DNA of 62,357 nucleotides from the IMG/VR virus record IMGVR_UViG_3300048576_000443, positions 1-62,357 of that record; one strand, 5' to 3'. Source of the stretch: a virus. Taxonomy: Duplodnaviria > Caudoviricetes. Under the pieces are notes generated by a model. The model saw nothing but the letters and a program-made list of their open reading frames with translations. It did no database searches and was not told where the DNA came from. Below, piece after piece: positions 9,079 to 17,377 of the stretch (positions within the stretch are counted from its first letter, which is position 1; the number at the start of each line of letters is the position of its first letter). A program made the position numbers and the translations under genes.

Positions 9079-9652
9079 GACCCATCTCCACCACGTCCCA
9101 GCCCTCGGGAACAACGGCCGGCACATGACAGGTGTTGATGACCAGTTGCGCCCCGGGGTTGGTGGCGGCGATGTGCCCCAAGGCCGTGCCCAGCCGATCC
9201 TGATCCAGTTCGGCCGCCTCCAGGATCAAGAGCCTGTGCGGGGCCTTGCCAAGCAGGGCATGGGCCAGGGCCGCCTCGAAAAGCACCTTTTCCCCACCGG
9301 AGAGTCCGGCATGGGGCGTGACCCGGCCTTCACGATTCCAGGCCAGGGTGACGCCGCCGTCCTCTTCGATACGCAGGACGGCTTTCCCGTCCGGCAGGAT
9401 GGCGCCCATGGTTTCCGCCAGCTTGGCGCACGATCCGGCCACGGCCCGGTCCTTTTTCTTCCGCAGTTCCTCAAGGGCGTCTTTGGCCTCGCGTCCGGCC
9501 TTCGCGGCGGCTTCGGCGTTGACCCGCTGGGTTTCGGCGGTTTCGTCCAACCCCTTGGCCTTCTGGAGCAAGGCGAGTTCCCCGCGAAGAGTGCGCAGGC
9601 GCTCATCCATGCCCTTGACCTGGGCTTCCATGATGTCGGTGTCAGCGATCAT
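9068..9652 (-). CDS. C-terminal half of an SMC/Rad50(SbcC)-like ABC ATPase (coiled coil + signature + Walker B)
   Basis: Coiled coil followed by GLSGGEK and LLILEAAELD. Confidence 0.75.
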   Translation of the reverse strand: MIADTDIMEAQVKGMDERLRTLRGELALLQKAKGLDETAETQRVNAEAAAKAGREAKDALEELRKKKDRAVAGSCAKLAETMGAILPDGKAVLRIEEDGGVTLAWNREGRVTPHAGLSGGEKVLFEAALAHALLGKAPHRLLILEAAELDQDRLGTALGHIAATNPGAQLVINTCHVPAVVPEGWDVVEMGHGA

Positions 9653-10638
9653 GCCGTGACCTCCCGGGACTGGCCCTGGCGGGCCTTGGCAAGTTCGGAC
9701 TTGATGACCATGCGTGCCGCGCAGACCTCGCACCCGGCCCGGCCCATGGCGGCCAGGATGCGCTCAAGGATGGCCGCCGCGTCGGGGGCGTCGGAAGCGG
9801 AGGGGGCAGGCGCGATGTAGGATTCGAGCGGCGGCGGCGGCGCTATGGTCGAACGGGTCTGCCCCTGCCATGCGTCGGGCGACTCGGCGGCAGGGGCCGC
9901 TTGCTGCGGCATCGGCGCCATGGATCCTTGCTGTGCAGCCTGCCGCTTCGCGGCCTCGGCCTGTTCGTCGGCCCTGGCCGCTTCGATCCTGGCGGCGTGC
10001 AGCTCTTCCCTTGCCTGCTTCAGTTCCGCTTCGACCGTCGCGACTTCGGCGGTCTTGTCGGCCAGAGTTCCGGCGGGGAGTTCAAGCCGGGCCCTCTGCG
10101 CCTGGATGGCTGATATGACGGACAGGGCCTCGCGCTCCTTGCGTTCGGCCTCGTTCGCCCGGGCCGTGGCCGCAGCGATCTTTTCCCCGATGTTCTTCAC
10201 GTCGCCGTCCGGCGGGAAGAGGCGGAAGAGCTCATCCACCTTCCGCTGGTCCGACAGGGCCAGGAAGACGGACAGGTCCACCACGCCCACCCCGGCAAGC
10301 TCCCTGGCGAAATCGGCGGGCTTGGCCTTGGCGCCGCCCACGAAAAGCTCCTGCGAAACGGCGCCGCTTTTCGAGCGCGTGAAGCGGCGCTCGAGTTTCA
10401 TGCCCCCGTCCAGGGTGATGCCGACGCGCATGTCTCGGCCTTTGCCGTCAAAGAATGCGTCCATGATGTCGGCGTTTCTTTTGCCCACGCCGGGCACGTA
10501 GCCGAGCACGGCGAGTTGCAGGGCCTGGGTGCGGCTGGACTTGCCCGCGCCGTTGGGTCCGACCACGATGGTTCGCGCCCCCAAGGGGGCCGTGAATGTG
10601 GCCCCCTTGAAGTTGTGCGCATGGACGGTGGAAATCAC
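9649..10638 (-). CDS. N-terminal half of an SMC/Rad50(SbcC)-like ABC ATPase (Walker A + coiled coil)
   Basis: HNFKG..TIVVGPNGAGKSS, then coiled coil, Pro/Ala linker and C-terminal CEVC. Confidence 0.8.
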   Translation of the reverse strand: MISTVHAHNFKGATFTAPLGARTIVVGPNGAGKSSRTQALQLAVLGYVPGVGKRNADIMDAFFDGKGRDMRVGITLDGGMKLERRFTRSKSGAVSQELFVGGAKAKPADFARELAGVGVVDLSVFLALSDQRKVDELFRLFPPDGDVKNIGEKIAAATARANEAERKEREALSVISAIQAQRARLELPAGTLADKTAEVATVEAELKQAREELHAARIEAARADEQAEAAKRQAAQQGSMAPMPQQAAPAAESPDAWQGQTRSTIAPPPPLESYIAPAPSASDAPDAAAILERILAAMGRAGCEVCAARMVIKSELAKARQGQSREVTA

Positions 10639-11924
10639 GACTCGCCCCGGTCCACACGGGCGCTGATCTTCTGGTAGAGGGCGCGGGCCTGCGCCGGGGT
10701 CACGGCAGCCTCGGGACGGATGCCCATTTCGATCCGGGACACGCGGTCCAGGTCAGGGAACATCTCCCTGGTGCTCTCGTAGTTGGTCAGGTCCTTGCGG
10801 TCTTCGGCGGAGAGCGGGGCGGCCGTGGGCGCCGGGCCGGTCATGTCCTCGGGTTCGGGTTCCGGCTTCGGGGCCTCCGGCTGTCCGTATGCTCCGTTCT
10901 GGCTCGGGGCCATGTCGATGGTGGCGGCCATGGGTTCGGGCGGCGCGGTTTCTTCGTCTTCGGCCGCGATGCCCGCCATGTCGTCGTCCATGCGCTCGAC
11001 GCCCTTGCGCACGTCGATGGTCATGCCCGGGGCCTGCCCCTGCGGGAGCGCGAAGTTTTGGCCCTCGGAAAGGGACTTCACTTGGTCCTGGACGCTGGCG
11101 TAAACGCTGGTGTCCCATTTCATGAGGCTGCCGTTGGTGGGCCGCCAGCAAATGACGGCCAAGTCCCACCGGGCGCCGGGGGCCTTTTGCAGGCCGGAGA
11201 GATGCTTGCAGGCGTTGCGGCGTGCGAATGTCTGGGCAAAGTCCAGAGCCTTCTTTTCGCGGTTCAAGATCGTTTTGTACCAGTCCGTGGCCTCCTTATG
11301 GGAAGTATCCACCCAAAGAGTCGTTGACTCGTCGAAGGGATAATCCGCCCACTTTCCATCTTCACTCGGCGCCCCCATCCTGGAGGGGAGTAACTTGAAA
11401 GCCTGAGGTAACTTCCCGGCCTTGGCCACAAGGTCGATTAGCCTATAACTTGGCACGTCATAGGCCGTGGTCCAGTCCGCCACCATTGGCAGGCCCTTCG
11501 ACGAAAACCGAAATGCCACGGCCCGGGCGTAGATGTTCAGGATGCGCCGATTGTTGGGGTCGCGAATCACGTGTGGGTTGGTCTGCTCGATGCCGTCCAC
11601 GATCACGGAGCGGGGGAATATCACGCACGCGCCCGCGGCCTCGGCCCATATCTCGTAGCCCTGGGCGGATAAGACGTAGGGGCCACCGGGAACCGGCTGC
11701 ACCAGCCCGCCGTTTTCGACGGTCAGGGTCAACCGTTGTTTGAACGCCTTGATCTGCCCGTCCTGGTTGCGCAGGGCAAAGGCTTCATCCTCGGCCAGGA
11801 CCAGGACGTTGTGCCTGTGAATCCCGGCGAGGTAAGAGGAAAGGGCCTTCCCTTCCTCGGGCATGGTGGCCAAAACCTTATCCAGGGCGGTCTTCGCCTG
11901 GGCCTGTAACGAATCGTAGGACAT
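10635..11924 (-). CDS. Hypothetical protein, possible single-strand annealing recombinase
   Basis: Globular N-terminal domain ending FAQTFARRNACK, an acidic Pro-rich tail, and a position next to the ATPase and helicase. Confidence 0.45.
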   Translation of the reverse strand: MSYDSLQAQAKTALDKVLATMPEEGKALSSYLAGIHRHNVLVLAEDEAFALRNQDGQIKAFKQRLTLTVENGGLVQPVPGGPYVLSAQGYEIWAEAAGACVIFPRSVIVDGIEQTNPHVIRDPNNRRILNIYARAVAFRFSSKGLPMVADWTTAYDVPSYRLIDLVAKAGKLPQAFKLLPSRMGAPSEDGKWADYPFDESTTLWVDTSHKEATDWYKTILNREKKALDFAQTFARRNACKHLSGLQKAPGARWDLAVICWRPTNGSLMKWDTSVYASVQDQVKSLSEGQNFALPQGQAPGMTIDVRKGVERMDDDMAGIAAEDEETAPPEPMAATIDMAPSQNGAYGQPEAPKPEPEPEDMTGPAPTAAPLSAEDRKDLTNYESTREMFPDLDRVSRIEMGIRPEAAVTPAQARALYQKISARVDRGES

Positions 11925-12135
11925 GATCCCTCCTTGTTGACTCCACGCCCCGGCGGGCTTAGGGGTCAGTTTGTGGTTTGTTTTTGCTCCCCGCAGGAGC
12001 TTGTTGCCGCCCCGGTGTTCGCGCACCGGGGCTTTTCAACGCGGATTCCGAGTTTCTTTGCCAGGACGGCGTTTTCCAGCTTGTCCAGGTCATCCATGAG
12101 CCGCGTAAACCGCCTGTCCGCACGCCCGACGATCC

Positions 12136-12381
12136 TCACGCCCTCACCCTCCTTTCCTCCACGGGGTTGATGTCGATGGCCGGGTACGGGACCGGGATGT
12201 CCAGATCCATGGTCAGGCGGTAATGCCGCCCCGGCATTGGGTCGATTCCGCCGTGGTCTTCCCGGTATTCATCCACCCATTCGTCCAGGGCCTCGCGCGC
12301 TTCTTCGCGGGTCGCGTAGGCCATGATCTGGTCCCATCCTGTGTTCGTGGGGTTGCGCTCCCAAATGGCGTATGCTTCCAT
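12136..12381 (-). CDS. Hypothetical acidic protein
   Basis: MEAYAIWERNP...; RBS GGAGGT. Confidence 0.65.
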   Translation of the reverse strand: MEAYAIWERNPTNTGWDQIMAYATREEAREALDEWVDEYREDHGGIDPMPGRHYRLTMDLDIPVPYPAIDINPVEERRVRA

Positions 12382-12383
12382 GG

Positions 12384-12512
12384 CTACCTCCACAGGACGA
12401 TGGCCACGGCCGCCGCGACGACGAACGCCAAGGCGCAACCGGCGAGGCACAGCGCCTCAAAAACGTCCCCGCGAGACCCCCAAAGGTCTTTTTCGTAGGG
12501 CGGGTAGCACAT
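12384..12512 (-). CDS. Small membrane protein
   Basis: MCYPPYEKDLWG..hydrophobic C-terminus; RBS AGGAG. Confidence 0.45.
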   Translation of the reverse strand: MCYPPYEKDLWGSRGDVFEALCLAGCALAFVVAAAVAIVLWR

Positions 12513-12645
12513 GGCCCGGCTCCTTTTGAGGCCCCCAAGTAGGCACTTAGGGGCCTCCTGATGTTCACGCCACGGCCCATCCGTGGGGCGTCTCACATAC
12601 CGCGACTTTTTGTGCCGCAAGGGCGCGCGGGTGGTGAGAAATTCT

Positions 12646-12818
12646 GTCGAGCCTGGGGCGAAAGGGCGGCGGGCCGGGCTTGATACCGGCTCCTTTATCG
12701 CCATGAGCCTTACAGGCTGCGCCATGGTTTGATGAGGGCGTACTCTGCCGATGGCATTCCCGCGTGTCCTTCCACGCCGCCGTCCGCCCCCTCGCCCAAG
12801 GCTCGACTTTCAATGATC
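12646..12818 (-). ncRNA. Structured RNA unit 2: boxA-like motif + ~24-bp closing stem enclosing a tRNA-like element
   Basis: GTCGAGCCTTGGGCGAGGGGGCGG pairs with CCGCCCTTTCGCCCCAGGCTCGAC; inside are GCGTGGAAGGACACGC and GCCGGTATCAAGCCCGGC hairpins. Confidence 0.6.
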
Positions 12819-12835
12819 TCTCGCCTTTCGGCCCA

Positions 12836-12935
12836 TGGTCCTTGCCTAGCCCTGCCGTGCCAAGCCAAACCGCGTTCCATGCCTTGCTCTTGCCCCGCCG
12901 GGCCTTGCCCGGCCCCGCCTCGCCGTGTTCCTCGC
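12836..12935 (-). repeat. Degenerate pentanucleotide (GGCNN)n tract
   Basis: Minus strand ...ACGGCGAGGCGGGGCCGGGCAAGGCCCGGCGGGGCAAGAGCAAGGCATGGAACGCGGTTTGGCTTGGCACGGCAGGGCTAGGCAAGG. Confidence 0.7.
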
Positions 12936-13052
12936 TTCCCGCCTCGGTCTCCCTGGCCTCCGCTCCCGTCCGGTGTCTGGGGCTTTGCCCCGCCGTTGCC
13001 GGACCCCGTAGGGTGGGAGGTTTGGCCTCGGTCGCTACTGCGGGCCGCGTTC

Positions 13053-13226
13053 GTTGGGGATGGAGAGAGAAGTGGGGCAGCCGGGGCTTCGGGAATCGAA
13101 CCCGAACATTGGCCAATGAACCGTTGCCCATTGCCGCTTTCGCGCAATCTACGTACCCGGGTCCGGTGATTGCGCAGCCAGCAACCCCCCACCCCTCTCT
13201 CCATCCCCAACTCGGCTTTCAATGAT
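13053..13226 (-). ncRNA. Structured RNA unit 1: boxA-like motif + 25-bp closing stem enclosing a T-loop-containing element
   Basis: GTTGGGGATGGAGAGAGGGGTGGGG pairs with CCCCACTTCTCTCTCCATCCCCAAC (two G-U pairs); inside is TTCGGG-TTCGATT-CCCGAA. Confidence 0.65.
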
Positions 13227-13257
13227 CCGGCCCGTGGGCCGCGTCGTCGTTGATCCA

Positions 13258-13310
13258 AGAATATATCTTTTTGATTTACCATGCAAGCCAATAAGTAAAT
13301 CTTTTTGGTC
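13258..13310 (-). promoter_or_regulatory. PL-like early promoter with two repressor operators
   Basis: TTGCAT-17bp-TATTCT; the spacer contains AAATCAAAAAGAT, identical to the PR spacer; second site AAATCTTTTTGGTC at 13297. Confidence 0.8.
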
Positions 13311-13323
13311 GCGAGGTGAGCAC

Positions 13324-13421
13324 AAAAAAACCGCCTTTCGGCGGTGGGTGGGGGGGGCTGGGTGGTTGGCTGGTGGTTTGCCCTGGCAGGAGGGCAAGAA
13401 AAAGGCCCGCCGAAGCGGGCC
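13324..13421 (-). terminator. Two tandem intrinsic terminators ending the immunity/moron transcript
   Basis: Minus strand GGCCCGC-TTCG-GCGGGCC-TTTTT and ACCGCC-GAAA-GGCGGT-TTTTTT. Confidence 0.75.
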
Positions 13422-13506
13422 AGGAGACTTAAGACAAGAGCCTATCAGCAAAACGATTGCGATGGAATTCTTGCAAGCTCGATAATAGCTGCCCCATTGT
13501 GGTTTT

Positions 13507-13707
13507 CTATGTCGGCATAGGTCTTGAGTCAGGTATCCCCGGGTAAATGTAAATTGTTCCCGAAACTATCGTCGGGGTTGAAGGATAAAAAGGACCAGGA
13601 TCACGCTCAGCATCCTTAATAATCGGCTGAGCCGCGTCTGACGTAATATAGTTTAAATATTGGATATATTCGACAGATGGCATTTCTCTTGACTGGTTAC
13701 TTTTCAT
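13507..13707 (-). CDS. Small hypothetical protein coupled to the ClpP-like protease
   Basis: MKSNQSREMPSV...; start overlaps the end of the protease gene; low GC. Confidence 0.45.
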   Translation of the reverse strand: MKSNQSREMPSVEYIQYLNYITSDAAQPIIKDAERDPGPFYPSTPTIVSGTIYIYPGIPDSRPMPT

Positions 13708-14713
13708 ATCTCCACCCTTCAAAGGTTCGTTCATCATTTATACCCGAAACTGGCACTGCAAAATTCATGCCTTGGGGTGCTTGCGGAGGGAGAGAAATCC
13801 GTGTCAATGTTCCCTCGGAAATCCATTTATGGGAGCCGCCTGCGAGAGATTCAAGTATGACCCTTTTTGAGGAATAAGTCGTTTGAGCCTGTTGGGCAAG
13901 AAGAATATTGGGATTGAACGGCGTGTCCACCTCCATTTCGTCTTGCAGGTCGATATAGATATCTTTAATAATTCGGTATTCTTCTTCTGTTGGCTTTTGA
14001 ACTGGAAGGTGAAGGTCGTTCTGTGCCTCTCTTCTATTTATAGTATAATCGTGACTTCCAGAGTCGCTACATAAAAAAGATATTATCTCTTCTATTTTTT
14101 CTTGTTTTGCTACGCTACTTTGCAACAACCTTCTTGCCAGCATTTGTATTTGCGTTCGGGATCTATGGACAACTCCAAGGGAAAGAGGGTGAACATTAGC
14201 AGAAAGCTGTTGCAGGATTGGAGTTAAGTCTTTGTCGTCCCCTATTTCTTTTCTGGCAAGTTCAAAAAATTTCGTGACGTCTTCGACACTCACAGCAACT
14301 CGCTTGTTGGTGCCGTTATCATTCACTATTGGGTTAAAAGGGCCATTTATGCTTGGATCAATTGGGCTAAGAGTTGCCTGTTTTGTCATTACAATAGAAT
14401 TTGCGCCAAGAGATATAAGCGTTGCTGTGCTATGTGCCCTAGCGGGGATGATTACTTCAAAATTATCACAATACATTTTCACTAAATTGACGAGTCCCCA
14501 CCCAGCCATGGTAAACCCTCCACGGCTTGAGATGAGAAGACTGATTTTCCCGGTGTATGATTTTAAAGAGTCGAGATGGTCAGGAAGATAGTTTAGCATA
14601 TCTGGAGCTATTTGAGCCTCCATGCCTTGTCTGTCGCCTGTTATATATACAATTAATTTTGACATTCGACGATGTTCAAGTTTTTTATACAATCTCTTTC
14701 TGTTTCTGAACAT
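13697..14713 (-). CDS. SDH_sah / ClpP-crotonase-fold serine protease (moron)
   Basis: LLISSRGG, IPARAHSTATLISLGA..IVMTKQATLSPIDPS, SHDYTINRREA; low GC. Confidence 0.85.
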   Translation of the reverse strand: MFRNRKRLYKKLEHRRMSKLIVYITGDRQGMEAQIAPDMLNYLPDHLDSLKSYTGKISLLISSRGGFTMAGWGLVNLVKMYCDNFEVIIPARAHSTATLISLGANSIVMTKQATLSPIDPSINGPFNPIVNDNGTNKRVAVSVEDVTKFFELARKEIGDDKDLTPILQQLSANVHPLSLGVVHRSRTQIQMLARRLLQSSVAKQEKIEEIISFLCSDSGSHDYTINRREAQNDLHLPVQKPTEEEYRIIKDIYIDLQDEMEVDTPFNPNILLAQQAQTTYSSKRVILESLAGGSHKWISEGTLTRISLPPQAPQGMNFAVPVSGINDERTFEGWRYEK

Positions 14714-14806
14714 GTCGTTGCCCCCTATTTGTTTACCCGACCACGCCCACACACTTGTCCGTCGCCCATGTCTCTCCTCCTAATATCTCCCCATGGCCTT
14801 CTGCGT

Positions 14807-15202
14807 TTATTCAACCTGTGCTGGCTGCCCCTGTGGCTGCCCCTGTGGCTGCTCCTGTGGCTGCTCCTGTGGCTGCTCCTGTGGCTGCTCCTGTGGTTGC
14901 TCCGGGGTCATCATCTTCTTCTTATGTACTGGTGACGCTGGGGCGCTTGTCGTTCCCTGCCCACCGGGCTTCACTTCCTGGACCCACCGGAACCCCCTGG
15001 ACCGCATGCAGGCGTTGTACTGATCTTGAGCTATCAATATGGCGGCCCCGCCCGTACCTTTTGCCTGCATGTTCGCCATATATTGGCAGTCGTAAGAGCG
15101 TTTCATCGCCTCTTCCCGGCTCATGTTCCCATAATCCCAATGCCCGCGAGGGGCGCACCCGAAGCACAGGAGTATAATTACGGCGACGATTGCGGTCTTC
15201 AC
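14807..15202 (-). CDS. Lipoprotein with C-terminal EQPQ repeats
   Basis: Signal peptide with lipobox LCFG-C; DC and ACMRSRGF motif; GTG start. Confidence 0.7.
   Translation of the reverse strand: MKTAIVAVIILLCFGCAPRGHWDYGNMSREEAMKRSYDCQYMANMQAKGTGGAAILIAQDQYNACMRSRGFRWVQEVKPGGQGTTSAPASPVHKKKMMTPEQPQEQPQEQPQEQPQEQPQGQPQGQPAQVE
14821..14901. repeat. 12-bp tandem repeat (CTGTGGCTGCTC-type, ~7 copies)
   Basis: Directly visible; encodes EQPQ/GQPQ. Confidence 0.9.
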
Positions 15203-15289
15203 GTCATTATTTTCCTTGTTGCGTGCAAACAATTTGCAGTCGTTTTGCAAAAAAAATTTGTCTATCTGATCCCCGCCCCCTGCCTTTGA

Positions 15290-15640
15290 CTACGCGGAGA
15301 CAGGGAGCCTTTTAGGGTGGTTTGAATCTTCAACGTCTTTACCCCTTGTCCTTTCCTTGACGATTTGTCTTGTAGCGGCTTGAAGCTCAGAAACAAAGTC
15401 AGTAAATGAACGAAATCTAAGGGCCATACAAATTTTAATAAGTTCTTCTAGCGTGGTGTCTTTTGGAGATTCGGCCATCCGCATCCATTGAGTGCGGTCG
15501 CCTCCCTTCCCCCAAACCGCCTTGGTGAATTTACTGACATTAAATGGTTCAGTCCCTTTCCTGCCTCGTGGGCCTGACTTGAAGTGTTCAGGGGCCTCCT
15601 GCCGAACAACCTGGATTAACGCTTCGTACAGGGCTTCCAT
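15290..15640 (-). CDS. Hypothetical Xre-like HTH protein downstream of cI
   Basis: NVSKFTKAVWG..DRTQWMRM..PKDTTLEELIKICMAL. Confidence 0.55.
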   Translation of the reverse strand: MEALYEALIQVVRQEAPEHFKSGPRGRKGTEPFNVSKFTKAVWGKGGDRTQWMRMAESPKDTTLEELIKICMALRFRSFTDFVSELQAATRQIVKERTRGKDVEDSNHPKRLPVSA

Positions 15641-15681
15641 CCTCAAATTCCCTCTTCGCGTCGAGGCGGGGATTTATAAGG

Positions 15682-16362
15682 TCAATCCACTTCCCTGGCC
15701 GTCCAGATGATTCGTCCGATGATTTCAAAATCATCTCCTTCGACGACTGGCGCCGGGCAGGTTGGGTCTGCGTCCGAAACCACGACCATCGCGCCCGGCT
15801 TCCCTGTCATGCGCTTCACGAACATCTGCCCGTTATGCCTGATGTAGTATATTTTCCCATCCGAAAACGAAGCCCGGGCCGGAGAAACGAGCACCAGGGA
15901 TCCATCCGGAATGGTCGGGTGCATGCTGTCGCCAAAGGCTTTGACGCAGAACAAATCTCTGTCGCTCGACGCCTTTGAAATCAGCCAGTCGCGGCGAAAT
16001 TGCAGGTGGTATTTGACTGTGCGTCCGGTCTCCAGGGAGCCGCCCCCCATGGATCCTGTGGCTTCGCGCAAAGGGACGCTGACGAACTCGCCGTATTCGC
16101 CCGACGCCTCGGCGACGACAACGGGAGACGGGATGGTTACGTCGCCGGCCGCGTACTGGTAAAGGTTGCGCGCTTCCATCCCCAGGGCGGCGGCCACCTT
16201 GAGGGCAAAATTTCGGCTGATCGTTTTCCTGCCGCGCAGCGCCGCGTTGACATGCTCCTTCCGATAGCCCGTCAAATTGGCCAATTCCAATTGGGTAATC
16301 CCGCGCTCATCCATGATGGACAGGCAGTTTCTCCGGAAAATGTCGTCCGACTTGTCTTCCAT
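15682..16362 (-). CDS. cI: CI-like repressor (Xre HTH + S24 autopeptidase)
   Basis: GITQLELANLTGYRKEHV HTH; GDSMHPTIPDGSLVLV and MFVKR catalytic Ser/Lys. Confidence 0.93.
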   Translation of the reverse strand: MEDKSDDIFRRNCLSIMDERGITQLELANLTGYRKEHVNAALRGRKTISRNFALKVAAALGMEARNLYQYAAGDVTIPSPVVVAEASGEYGEFVSVPLREATGSMGGGSLETGRTVKYHLQFRRDWLISKASSDRDLFCVKAFGDSMHPTIPDGSLVLVSPARASFSDGKIYYIRHNGQMFVKRMTGKPGAMVVVSDADPTCPAPVVEGDDFEIIGRIIWTAREVD

Positions 16363-16397
16363 GGTTTTTTTCACCATTCGCCGCTGAAATTCGCAAT

Positions 16398-16474
16398 AAG
16401 TCATTTTGGTCTCGTTCGTTGACAGGGAAATCAAAAAGATTTACTGTTCGCCCATGAAAGAAATCAAAAAGACC
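16398..16474 (+). promoter_or_regulatory. PR promoter and three operator sites
   Basis: TTGACA(16419)-17bp-TACTGT(16442); sites AAGTCATTTTGGTC, AAATCAAAAAGATTT, AAATCAAAAAGACC. Confidence 0.8.
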
Positions 16475-16654
16475 CAGCGGCAGGCGGCCCAAGCCTTGGG
16501 GGTCTCTTATGTCTATCTCAACTCTGTCCTCTGCGGACGGCGACGCCCGTCCGCCGTTCTTGCCAGAAAAATTGAGGAAGAGTTGTCCATCCCCAAGGAA
16601 ACCCTGCGGCCGGACGTCTTCGCCCCCGCCCAGCCCCAGGAGGCCCAGCCGTGA
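16454..16654 (+). CDS. cro: Cro-like repressor
   Basis: TQRQAAQALGVS..GRRRPS..LRPDVF; divergent from cI. Confidence 0.88.
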   Translation: MKEIKKTQRQAAQALGVSYVYLNSVLCGRRRPSAVLARKIEEELSIPKETLRPDVFAPAQPQEAQP

Positions 16655-16875
16655 CCACGCCCTTTCTTGTTTCTCTGGCCGTGGCCAGTTCAAGCGGCCT
16701 CCGCGTGAAGGCCCAGACGGTCTTTGCCGCTTCGAAAGAAGAGGCCGTGGGGAACGTCGTCATGGCGTTCCTGTCGGGCCGTGGGACTGAATCTATCGCC
16801 ATCGCAGACGTTTCCGTCATGCCCATTTCCGAGGGATTGGCGCTCATGGCGTCAGCCCCGGGAGGGGCGGCGTAA
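16651..16875 (+). CDS. Hypothetical protein
   Basis: GTGA overlap with cro. Confidence 0.55.
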   Translation: MTTPFLVSLAVASSSGLRVKAQTVFAASKEEAVGNVVMAFLSGRGTESIAIADVSVMPISEGLALMASAPGGAA

Positions 16876-17111
16876 TGGATTTCGCCACATTTCGCCGTCA
16901 ACACCCGGCAACGCGCTGTTTCCAGCGCTTTACGCATCACGAAAGGGCCGACATGGCTGCAAGCCATCGCCTGGGGCACCGACAAAGGGAAGCGATAGGA
17001 GAGTTTTTCTTTATACATCCGTTGGCCCCTGGCTTGGCGTTCCCCACAAGGAAACGCGCGGAGGAGGCGGCTTTCCGCTGTGCCGCCCACCGCGACGGGG
17101 AGGCGGCATGA
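16875..17111 (+). CDS. Hypothetical protein
   Basis: TAATG overlap; GGAGG RBS. Confidence 0.6.
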   Translation: MDFATFRRQHPATRCFQRFTHHERADMAASHRLGHRQREAIGEFFFIHPLAPGLAFPTRKRAEEAAFRCAAHRDGEAA

Positions 17112-17374
17112 GCAAGAACAAGCCGCCCCGCGCCTGTGTCGTCTGCGGCGGCCCGCCTCCCGGTGCGCGCATCGTCCATACGCTGTTCGTGTGCCGGGCC
17201 TGCCTGGAGAAGATCGAGGACTTTCCGGACGCGGCGGTCTGCTTCTGGTGCCGAGAGGATACGCAGGTCCACCACTTCCCCGGGGTTCGCGGGGCTGGCG
17301 GGCTTCCAACGTGCCGGGCCTGTCGGGACAGCTTCGTGAAGCTGGCCCGGGAACTTGAAACCACGAGGGCATGA
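17108..17374 (+). CDS. Hypothetical double zinc-finger protein
   Basis: Four CxxC pairs. Confidence 0.6.
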   Translation: MSKNKPPRACVVCGGPPPGARIVHTLFVCRACLEKIEDFPDAAVCFWCREDTQVHHFPGVRGAGGLPTCRACRDSFVKLARELETTRA

Positions 17375-17377
17375 ACC

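Noticed and set aside
6881-10638. Gabija-like system (ABC ATPase + UvrD)
   Set aside because: No TOPRIM/OLD nuclease domain; the genes have phage-like GC and sit in the lytic early operon
12670-12695. Twister-ribozyme-like GCCGGTATCAAGCCCGG
   Set aside because: Could not find the required pseudoknot partners or P1/P2 context; better explained as a T-arm variant
13075-13130. Canonical tRNA gene
   Set aside because: T arm present but no proper D arm, anticodon arm or 7-bp acceptor stem
14821-14901. CRISPR array
   Set aside because: 12-bp tandem units without spacers, in-frame in a CDS; no cas genes
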